Shown here piece after piece: positions 8,282 through 16,169 of a stretch of DNA of 64,000 bases. The stretch is from a virus (Duplodnaviria > Caudoviricetes): positions 43 to 64,042 of the IMG/VR virus record IMGVR_UViG_3300009285_001653; one strand, written 5' to 3'. The position numbers and the translations under genes were made by a program. Positions within the stretch are counted from its first letter, which is position 1, and each line of letters opens with the position of its first letter. The notes beneath the pieces were generated by a model. It did no database searches and was not told the DNA's origin. It saw only the letters and a program-made list of their open reading frames with translations.

Positions 8282-10066
8282 ATGGCTTTTATAGAAGTAG
8301 ATCGGAGCAGAGTAGCTAAGTGGCCCGGAGAACCAGGTGGCTATGAGCATGATAGGTATGGTCTACCTTTACCGGGCAGGTATATCTCCCTAGACGAGTG
8401 CTCTCAGACTGCGTCATATACTAGGATAGTTGGCGGGCCACTTGCCGGCAAGAGGGTGCTTACTGGCCGGTTATATGCAGCACGCGGGCCGAACACGCAC
8501 GCGACATATAGCGTGTGTACGGATTGTGGTTGTATAAGAGGGACTCCACCGGGGTATTGTCATAGGACCCCCACAGAGATAGATGATGCTCATCTAGCTT
8601 GTCCTACCTGCAGTCACCATTTTTGTAGACACTGCTATATGCCATCAGAAAGACCCCTTTGTGCGGTATGTGAGCAACGACGCCATGAGTATAGGAGTTG
8701 GACTACACAAGGGCGTGACCAGAGACTAGCTAACATACAGAGGTTGGGAAGAAGTGCTTTTCCTACAATATCTCTATGGGAGAGAGACGGGGCTGCGTTA
8801 CAAGAATCATTTCCCTTCGTATATGAGCCCAATCTTCTTATACTAAGAGGAGATCTGGAAGCGGATATTACAGAGGAGGCTCAAGCGCTGCTAAGAAGAG
8901 ACCTGTGGTGTCACATTACAAATGGTGGAAGGAGTAGTAGGGTATACATCACGACTGATATAGAAGGCACAGGTCTTTTTGAGCACTACCATGTAGGTTG
9001 TTGGGGTGATGTTCAACTTCCTGTGGGTGCTACTCCAGCACAAATAGCAGAAATAGCCCATGATGTGTTGACCGTAGTAAATGGAGCCTCGCCTGCACGA
9101 GAGCGTCCAATAGGACTACCTTATACCGTAGCTCACATACCACACGGGCCAACGAGATCAACTCGTGGCTGGAATACAGAGAGGATACGTGTGCTAACCG
9201 AGCGAGAGAGACTACTGCAAGACATATTTAGTAGGCAGCAGGGGGTAGATCTGGCTGTACCGGAATCTATAATGGTGGTGGGTTGCGGGGGGGTTGGGTG
9301 GTATGTCGCACTGCAAGCCGCTCTCATAGGAGTAAAGAGGATATTGTTAGTAGATTATGATCATATAGATCTCACTAATATGAGTAGGCTACCTACGAGT
9401 ATGGTGGATATGTTAAAAGCAACAGACCTGGCACACATGATAAATGGTAGTACATGGAGAGCTCTGGTAGGTACAGACACATATAACTGTGCTGTCTACG
9501 AGCGCCAAGTACAGGAGCTTTCGGAACATATAAACACGGGATTTTTTAGGACTAGCTTTGGGCCACATTATCCAATAGAGAACAGGCCTTTAGATGTTAT
9601 ATTAGATACTACAGATGACATAGCCACCCAGAGAAGTATCTACCGCATGGCTAGAAGGTGCGGGGCGAGGTATATTAGAGCGGGATACGATGGAGGCTGG
9701 CACGTTACTGTGAGTTCAAGAGAATCGCCGGAGTGGGAAGTAGAAGGAACAACTCCAGGTTATAGAGTAGCGGCGTGGGTTGGTGGAGCACAGTTCGCTG
9801 CTAGTATAGCTATTACGAAGATGTGCTATAAGCCTGAGTTGGAAATTAGCGCCGATATTAGGCATATGCTAGTGCAGTTCCATCAGGAGGATTTAGTAGT
9901 AACTGAAGACATTTCTACCTGGGTGGAGGTACCGGAGGAGGAAGGAATACCAGTACTAGAGGTGGAGGAAGGAATACCTACAGTAGAAGAAATACCTGTA
10001 AACCGTATACCATTTCCGCCACCGCAAATGTGGACGGTGTATAGTGATACAGCATCTACAGTTTAG
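8282..10066 (+). CDS. Zn-finger + E2-like + ThiF/E1 adenylyltransferase fusion
   Basis: Four CxxC pairs (8516-8671); HYHVGCWG (8984-9007); E1 motifs VVGCGGVG, DYDxIDLTNMSR and DTTDD. Confidence 0.8.
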   Translation: MAFIEVDRSRVAKWPGEPGGYEHDRYGLPLPGRYISLDECSQTASYTRIVGGPLAGKRVLTGRLYAARGPNTHATYSVCTDCGCIRGTPPGYCHRTPTEIDDAHLACPTCSHHFCRHCYMPSERPLCAVCEQRRHEYRSWTTQGRDQRLANIQRLGRSAFPTISLWERDGAALQESFPFVYEPNLLILRGDLEADITEEAQALLRRDLWCHITNGGRSSRVYITTDIEGTGLFEHYHVGCWGDVQLPVGATPAQIAEIAHDVLTVVNGASPARERPIGLPYTVAHIPHGPTRSTRGWNTERIRVLTERERLLQDIFSRQQGVDLAVPESIMVVGCGGVGWYVALQAALIGVKRILLVDYDHIDLTNMSRLPTSMVDMLKATDLAHMINGSTWRALVGTDTYNCAVYERQVQELSEHINTGFFRTSFGPHYPIENRPLDVILDTTDDIATQRSIYRMARRCGARYIRAGYDGGWHVTVSSRESPEWEVEGTTPGYRVAAWVGGAQFAASIAITKMCYKPELEISADIRHMLVQFHQEDLVVTEDISTWVEVPEEEGIPVLEVEEGIPTVEEIPVNRIPFPPPQMWTVYSDTASTV

Positions 10067-10087
10067 TAAGGAGGAGGAAAAGAGATA

Positions 10088-11008
10088 GTGTCAGGATATG
10101 ACGATACTTTCGGTCATTATGCAGATCATAGCGAACCAGCACCATTTTTGCCGCAAGACCAAGGCGGATGGACGACGGGGGATCAAGTACCTACTCACCA
10201 TTCTTGTCCATATACGACGGGGACTATTTACTTAGCACCACTGGCTTATGCTAAGATTACCGCTCTTATGGACAAGTTTAATAAAGAGTGGTTAGCATAT
10301 ATGCTAGGAAAGTGGGTAGATGAGAATGTCGTTGTAGACGACTTGTACATACCGGAACAGGTATCGTCAGCAGCAACCGTGTCAAACGTGGAAGAATCTC
10401 CTCCCGAGGGGACTATTGGCGTAATGCACTCTCATGTACGGATGGGAGCGTTCTTTAGCGGAACTGATGACGAGTTCATCAATAGCAATCATAGGATAAG
10501 TATAGTAGTTAGTAGATCGCGGGGCAGCGAAGATTTGGTATTTAAGTCGAGCGTGAGGAAGCAGGTAGCTTGTGGCATAACAATGCTACTAGAAATGCCC
10601 GTAAGGATGGCTGTTGTTACGCCACAGATACGGGACTGGATAGAAGAGTGCTCACCAAGAGTTAAAGACTGGGTTTATAAAGCACCAGTCCAGAAAGCAA
10701 GTATTCTGAGTGTAGAGAAGAGGAGGATACCGTGGTGGGAGAAGAAGGCAGAGGTTAATGATCCACTGTCTGCTCTACTAGAAAAAGTAGATGAGATGGC
10801 TTTGCTAACACCACAATTACTTACTTCATATAGTAATGCTTTTCCGCCCGGGGTAAGGGTGTTTGATGCTGTAAAAACAGTGGATAATAAGACACTACTA
10901 GAAGCGCTTACCTATATGGAGAGGTTCGGTCTTGACAAGCCGGGTCAGATACAGTATAACAAGTATACAGTAGCATATAGAGAGATGTCAAAGAGGTTAA
11001 AGGAATGA
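10088..11008 (+). CDS. JAB/MPN+ metalloprotease (Ubl-processing or deconjugating)
   Basis: EW...HSHxxMGAFFSGTD is a complete JAMM motif. Confidence 0.9.
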   Translation: MSGYDDTFGHYADHSEPAPFLPQDQGGWTTGDQVPTHHSCPYTTGTIYLAPLAYAKITALMDKFNKEWLAYMLGKWVDENVVVDDLYIPEQVSSAATVSNVEESPPEGTIGVMHSHVRMGAFFSGTDDEFINSNHRISIVVSRSRGSEDLVFKSSVRKQVACGITMLLEMPVRMAVVTPQIRDWIEECSPRVKDWVYKAPVQKASILSVEKRRIPWWEKKAEVNDPLSALLEKVDEMALLTPQLLTSYSNAFPPGVRVFDAVKTVDNKTLLEALTYMERFGLDKPGQIQYNKYTVAYREMSKRLKE

Positions 11009-11053
11009 TGAGGCAGACAACCACGATGAATCTAATGGGCCGGAGGAGTAGCC

Positions 11054-11290
11054 ATGATGTTGACTAAAGCACAGGAACGTTGTTTAAGCTACGCCAGAAA
11101 GGTGCGGGTGGTATCGGCGTGGCCCGCCGACATCTCAGATGCAACTATCCGTGCGTGCCGAAAAGCTGGTTGGCTGGACGCTTATGAGCTTACTGGGATG
11201 ATGGTAGGCGGACAAAGATTTGCGCCAGGGCCAAAAGAGCGTGACGAGTTGACTCCAACGGGTCGGGCAGCGCTGGATGAGAAGCCATGA
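11054..11290 (+). CDS. Small winged-helix-like protein
   Basis: LTKAQ...GWL...LTPTGRAAL pattern. Confidence 0.55.
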   Translation: MMLTKAQERCLSYARKVRVVSAWPADISDATIRACRKAGWLDAYELTGMMVGGQRFAPGPKERDELTPTGRAALDEKP

Positions 11291-11399
11291 TAACGAGAGC
11301 TCTTCTTACTATAGCTGCTGCTACCAACGGAGCATTGCTAGTTCTACAACTGATAGAGGTACATAGCATCTATTTACCAGGAGAGGAGCGGTAAGAGTC

Positions 11400-11711
11400 G
11401 TGAAGATTTATATAGCAGGCCCATACACCAACGGTGGGGTGGGTGAGAATGTGAGGCGGGCCGTCCTAGCAGGCGACCAGCTTAGTGAGTTGGGCCACAC
11501 CCCCTATATACCCCACCTCACCCATCTGTGGCATCTGATGAGCCCACATGCCTATGAATTCTGGTTGCGGTTGGATATGGAGTGGTTGATGGTGTGCGAG
11601 GCGGTACTGAGACTGCCTGGATACAGCCTAGGGGCTGATGGAGAGGTGGCGGTGGCAGAGGGGCTGGGGTTGCCCGTGTATTATGGAATAGAGGAGGTGC
11701 CACATGAATGA
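11400..11711 (+). CDS. DUF4406 / nucleoside deoxyribosyltransferase-like protein
   Basis: KIYIAGPY...PYIPH...S.GADGE; paralog of ORF 32829. Confidence 0.8.
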   Translation: MKIYIAGPYTNGGVGENVRRAVLAGDQLSELGHTPYIPHLTHLWHLMSPHAYEFWLRLDMEWLMVCEAVLRLPGYSLGADGEVAVAEGLGLPVYYGIEEVPHE

Positions 11712-11817
11712 GAATGAATTGGGTGGATTCGTAGCGGTTGCTGTAGCAGGGGAGAGGTGGCAAAGGGAGAAGGTGCTGTGAGAGGGGAGGGGGAGAAATG
11801 AGCGAGCTAAAAGTCCC

Positions 11818-12255
11818 GTGAGCTGGTATGACCGAGAGGCCAGTAAGGTGCGTCACTGGAAGGAAAAGGCAGAGGACTTAGAGAGACAGCTTAAGGAGGG
11901 GAGTCTTAGAGTGAAAGGAAAAACCACGACAGCAGAACACAAACAGGGAAAATACACAGGGTACGAAGTTGACAGCAACACGTATACACTAGCCCCCGTG
12001 TATCAAGCCGAGTGGGAGGAATTACGAACACAGCAAGAAGGCCTAGACATGACACTACAAACGATTCAAGCCCATGCCGACAAAGAAAATGCTCGCCTCG
12101 CTAAAGTCCGGCATAGCCTCTGGGTAAGGATTAGTGAGGATTTAGGTGTGCCGTTCATGCAACTTAACGCTTACTACAATCCTAGCAAGGGAGAGATCAT
12201 AGTAATACCATCCCCAGAGCCAGAAGAAAGCGATCCGAAAGAGGAGAAGCCATAA
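11818..12255 (+). CDS. Coiled-coil hypothetical protein
   Basis: ORF within the operon. Confidence 0.55.
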   Translation: MSWYDREASKVRHWKEKAEDLERQLKEGSLRVKGKTTTAEHKQGKYTGYEVDSNTYTLAPVYQAEWEELRTQQEGLDMTLQTIQAHADKENARLAKVRHSLWVRISEDLGVPFMQLNAYYNPSKGEIIVIPSPEPEESDPKEEKP

Positions 12256-12797
12256 TGGAAGGAATCACAAGCAAAGAGCAGTCTTGGGAGATTGACGGTC
12301 TGGCTCGACGGGTAGTAAAGCCCTGTCCGAGCGACAAAACCCGTGAGGGCAGTGGAGAGTGCCCTGAGGGTATCTGTGAGGGGTCGGGGGAAATCAAGCC
12401 TTATGCCAAGACGGGCATAGGCGGCTGGTTAGCTGAGAGACCGTGCGAAGGATGCGGGGGAACTGGGCAACCACTCGACATTATTTCGCGTAAAGAGGTT
12501 TGTCGTGGTTGTGATGGTTCAGGCAGGGCAGGCGTGTGGCCTAGCCTAGTATGGGCCGACTTTTCAGGTCGGCATGAACTGTGTCTGGCTAGCGACGAAC
12601 AAACAGTGTTTCCGTATGTCCATGCTCTCCCTTACACGCTCGCCTTAGAGTTTCTGGAAGTGTGCTACGGGTGGCAACGGCAGAGACAACCGAGGTTGGG
12701 CTACATGGCGTGGAGGAATCCAGGTTGGCCCATAGAGGATTGCGCTAGGGAGTCCGAGCTGCTGGACAGTATGTTGGCATTAATGGGGGTGAAATGA
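12255..12797 (+). CDS. DnaJ-type Zn-finger (CxxCxGxG) protein
   Basis: CEGSG, CEGCGGTG and CRGCDGSG repeats. Confidence 0.65.
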   Translation: MEGITSKEQSWEIDGLARRVVKPCPSDKTREGSGECPEGICEGSGEIKPYAKTGIGGWLAERPCEGCGGTGQPLDIISRKEVCRGCDGSGRAGVWPSLVWADFSGRHELCLASDEQTVFPYVHALPYTLALEFLEVCYGWQRQRQPRLGYMAWRNPGWPIEDCARESELLDSMLALMGVK

Positions 12798-13273
12798 GCA
12801 AGCCTTTGAAGTCTGATAGTAAAGTCGTCTGGCGGCAGGACGGGGATTATTACAAGCCTTCCGTTTCTATTCACGGTGAGGATGGTATCGGTATCCAGTT
12901 TCGCGGTACCGTCATAGTCAAAAAAGCGGAGCAATGGCAGGACTTGGAGCGTCAAGTTGGTAGCTACATTCTGCTTCACACTACTGAGGGCGAGAGGCGA
13001 TTAGAACTTGATGACTTTCAACGTCAAGACGAGCAAATAACTCAGGCGGAGCGCCAACTTGCCATCCTTGACGCTGACCGAGAGGCCGAGCGGCACAAGC
13101 GGATAGAGGCTGAGGCGAAGCTGGCAACAGCGATGGACTTGCTCTCCTTAGTGCACGGTCTTAACTGCCGCTTCTGCGGGAAGCTGATACGACTCGGCCA
13201 TGCGGATGACTGCGAGTATGCCGCCTTCCTTACCGACTCCTCGCAGGCCACGGCGCAGAAAGGACAATCCTAA
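12794..13273 (+). CDS. Hypothetical protein
   Basis: ATGA overlap; CRFC...HADDC motif. Confidence 0.6.
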   Translation: MSKPLKSDSKVVWRQDGDYYKPSVSIHGEDGIGIQFRGTVIVKKAEQWQDLERQVGSYILLHTTEGERRLELDDFQRQDEQITQAERQLAILDADREAERHKRIEAEAKLATAMDLLSLVHGLNCRFCGKLIRLGHADDCEYAAFLTDSSQATAQKGQS

Positions 13274-13638
13274 TGACACCTGAAGAAGCAAGAAGTCGTC
13301 TTGTTACTGCCAGAGTTGACTTAGAGTTACTGGCTGAATGGCTTACCAAAACCGACCGCCCAGGCGCAGACGATGAAGTTCAGCGTGACTTGTTCAGTAT
13401 CGTGGACGCTATTACTGTAGTCCTGGCGCAGTACCGTGAGGCGCTGGCGATCAAGGAGCGGGTTGTGGCATGGCTAGATAACAAGTACGTGTTTTCGAGT
13501 GGGGGAACTGATAAGCAGCCTGCAAATGACTATGATAGTGGTCTTACGGCAGGCTATGCTACGGCTCAACATGCGCTAGAAGCCGTGCTCACGCTGGCTG
13601 AGAATATGCCTCAGGAGGAGCACGATGATAACTCATGA
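13273..13638 (+). CDS. Hypothetical protein sharing a domain with the next gene
   Basis: GLTAGYATAQH segment. Confidence 0.6.
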   Translation: MTPEEARSRLVTARVDLELLAEWLTKTDRPGADDEVQRDLFSIVDAITVVLAQYREALAIKERVVAWLDNKYVFSSGGTDKQPANDYDSGLTAGYATAQHALEAVLTLAENMPQEEHDDNS

Positions 13639-14215
13639 ACAAGCTGAACGGTGCGTAACCCACCATCATGCCTGTGACTGTCGAGAATATCAGTTTCAAG
13701 ATGCGCTGGCGGTCGGGGCGCGGATAGAGAACTGGCTGGCTGAAATTATTACCTTTAGTCTTGGGACGAACCAGCCTCCTCGAAATGAGTATAACTGTGG
13801 CTTAACAGCAGGCTATGCGACGGCCCAACACGAACTGAAAGCCCTGCTGACACCGAGCGGTGATGCGCCTGTTGAGGGCGCGGTTTCTGAGCATCTTCCT
13901 CCCCCTAAGCCTGAACAGCCCTTGCCACCTGATTACACAAAGCGGGGTACGTCGGCCATGAGATTAACAGATGCGCAAAGAAACGCTTTGGAGATTCTCG
14001 TTGATAGTCCACCTTATGCTCCGTGGAAATTGACACATCGTATCTATCCATTTGGGGGTGCGTTATTAGAGCGGCTAGAACAGCGTGGTCTTGTAGAACA
14101 TACTGAAGGTCTTGATATTGGCGTATCCGAGTTCCGTTGGCGTATTACTCCTGCGGGGCGTGCAGCGCTTGAGGGTCGCCCAGGCACAGACTCGCCGCGC
14201 GGGGAGTTTGGATAG
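13625..14215 (+). CDS. Mosaic protein with a C-terminal winged-helix-like domain
   Basis: CVTHHHACDC; GLTAGYATAQH; LTDAQ...LEQRGLV...ITPAGRAAL. Confidence 0.6.
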   Translation: MITHEQAERCVTHHHACDCREYQFQDALAVGARIENWLAEIITFSLGTNQPPRNEYNCGLTAGYATAQHELKALLTPSGDAPVEGAVSEHLPPPKPEQPLPPDYTKRGTSAMRLTDAQRNALEILVDSPPYAPWKLTHRIYPFGGALLERLEQRGLVEHTEGLDIGVSEFRWRITPAGRAALEGRPGTDSPRGEFG

Positions 14216-14463
14216 GAGAAGCCATGAGCATATCTTTTTATTATGAGACTGACGTTACCCCTGAAAATGTTGAGCAACTTCTTCTGCTTCGTTTAGAAGC
14301 AGTGCGTAATGTTATCCAGCATTGTGGTGCTATGAGTCCCTTCACTGGCATGGCTATTGCAACACTACAGGAGCAATACAACCGCTCGCGTGCAGCGCTT
14401 GAGGGTCGCCCAGGCACAGACTCGCCGCGCGGGGAGTTTGGATAGGAGAAGCCATGAGCATAT
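14158..14463 (+). repeat. 76-bp perfect direct repeat with a 230-bp period
   Basis: Copies at 14158-14233 and 14388-14463; each spans a gene end, stop codon, RBS and next ATG. Confidence 0.95.
14224..14445 (+). CDS. Hypothetical protein bounded by the 76-bp repeats
   Basis: Starts within repeat copy 1 and ends within copy 2. Confidence 0.6.
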   Translation: MSISFYYETDVTPENVEQLLLLRLEAVRNVIQHCGAMSPFTGMAIATLQEQYNRSRAALEGRPGTDSPRGEFG

Positions 14464-14808
14464 TGTGGATACTTTGGCACGGTCTGGGTTATCACCTAGT
14501 AGATCAGGGAACTCACCGCTGTATTATCTGCGAAGCATACTTCGGAACGGCGAACCAATGAAGCGCACCTGGCCTCGTGCCGCATATTGTTGAGCATCGG
14601 GCCATAAGGCTCAGTGGACGCCAGGGCCAAGAATGGGGCCTTGCTGGCGCTATCCAGGGAGTCTTAGAATAAGGAGAAGCCATGAATGGTGACGATTTTA
14701 TGTATTTGTTTGGCGGGGTAGTCATAGTCCTTCTCGTCGTAATGATGCTTACTGATGTAACGAGAATAATTGCGCTGATTGGAGCAGGTTAGCAGTAAGG
14801 AGACCAAC

Positions 14809-15159
14809 ATGAACAATGCTATCCTCCTATGTCCGTTCTGGGCAAGATTTGTCCAGCGTCCTGACGGTTATTGGATGGCCTATTGTTCTAAGGCGGCTTG
14901 CGATGAGATGGAGGAGAAGAGACCTGGTTTTCTGACTGCTGGTGATTTTCCTAGAAGCGATAAGTGTTTAGTGGGGTATGGAGAGTATAGCGCCGAGGTC
15001 ATGCCCGTAATAATCAAGGGCATAGGAGATACAGTAGTTACATACTTCTCTGTTGAGCACGTTGACGAGGCATACTGGGGAAGTCTGGTAGATGGGTTTA
15101 TAGAGTGGGTGCCTGTTGTACCAGATATAGAAGAGATGTATGCAGCGTTTTCGGAATAA
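14809..15159 (+). CDS. Hypothetical protein
   Basis: ATG after AAGGAG. Confidence 0.55.
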   Translation: MNNAILLCPFWARFVQRPDGYWMAYCSKAACDEMEEKRPGFLTAGDFPRSDKCLVGYGEYSAEVMPVIIKGIGDTVVTYFSVEHVDEAYWGSLVDGFIEWVPVVPDIEEMYAAFSE

Positions 15160-15171
15160 AGGAGGAAGAAG

Positions 15172-15372
15172 GTGGGTAACTTCAAACGTCCACAGGCAGT
15201 AAGTACTAGAGAAGTTGGTAAACCAGTGCTTGCTTGGGTATCAAAGAAGGGGATAGGTCCAAACAAACTAAAGGCCTCACCAAAGAATCTACACATGAGT
15301 AGAGCCAGGAGAGCAAAGATTGAAGTGTCTCGTTTTATGGCTAAACTGTCTCGTAGAGCCAATAGAAGTTGA
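15172..15372 (+). CDS. Small basic protein
   Basis: AGGAGG RBS, K/R-rich. Confidence 0.5.
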   Translation: MGNFKRPQAVSTREVGKPVLAWVSKKGIGPNKLKASPKNLHMSRARRAKIEVSRFMAKLSRRANRS

Positions 15373-15397
15373 CAGGATTGAGCAAACGGAGTAGAAT
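15369..15397 (+). promoter_or_regulatory. Sigma70-type promoter TTGACA-17-TAGAAT, probably leaderless for ORF 15404
   Basis: Near-consensus boxes; ATG begins 7 nt after the -10 box and has no RBS. Confidence 0.7.
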
Positions 15398-15403
15398 AAT
15401 AAT

Positions 15404-15988
15404 ATGCCCTCTAAGAAACTAGAAGAGCCGCTGTGGGAGCTGACCGATAAACCCTACGGCACGGCTGATGAAGACGATCCCAAGTCTGGCTCTGTTCAAT
15501 TCCGCATACAAGGGCAGTGGTTGGGGCTCGCCACAGAACTTCGAGAAGATGTAGAAGGAGAGTTCTACCGCATATATCCTAGTCCATCAGCTATGTACCG
15601 AGATATTTTGATCAAAGGGCTTTTGGCTATGGCCGAGTATAACAAGAATACTCGCAGTAGGGCTAGAGAGCTGAGGCTTAGAGAAGCGTCCTTGAACCGC
15701 CTTGTACATAACAAGTCAAGGCGTCACCGAGTAGAAGAGTTAGTAGAGCCTCTGATAAAATCTATGCGTGAGGACGTAGAAGCTGATGATGTAGATAGTG
15801 CAGTAGATTTATTAGATCACTATCTCTCTGAAGTAGCAAAGATGGATGAGGGAGAGGACGGCAGAGGGGCCTATGCTAAAGGCTTGTTAAGCCATCCTGA
15901 GTTCAAGCGTTTAAGGAATCATAGAGGAGTGAGGAATAAAAGTGGGTTGTTAGGGGCGTTTGAGCAGGAATATGGAGGAGAGGTGTAA
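15404..15988 (+). CDS. Hypothetical protein, possibly a regulator
   Basis: 194 aa ORF directly behind a promoter. Confidence 0.6.
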   Translation: MPSKKLEEPLWELTDKPYGTADEDDPKSGSVQFRIQGQWLGLATELREDVEGEFYRIYPSPSAMYRDILIKGLLAMAEYNKNTRSRARELRLREASLNRLVHNKSRRHRVEELVEPLIKSMREDVEADDVDSAVDLLDHYLSEVAKMDEGEDGRGAYAKGLLSHPEFKRLRNHRGVRNKSGLLGAFEQEYGGEV

Positions 15989-16169
15989 GAGATGGCTAGT
16001 CCAGATTGTGTGGCCCATAGGATCAAGAAGCGTAATACTATCCCCTGGTGTGCCCTCTGCTGGGAGTTCTGGGATATAGAGCATGAGTATATGGAGGAGC
16101 TAGTAGAATTACGATCTGAGAAAGCTGAGTTAATTGGAAGAATAGTAGAAGCACTAGAAGGAAAAAGGT

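Noticed and set aside
7986-10066. ThiS/ThiF pair for thiamine or molybdopterin synthesis
   Set aside because: No pathway enzymes nearby; the E2-like segment and JAB favour conjugation, although this is not proven
14158-14463. Direct repeats as a CRISPR array or attachment sites
   Set aside because: Only two 76-bp copies around a coding segment, and no integrase was seen
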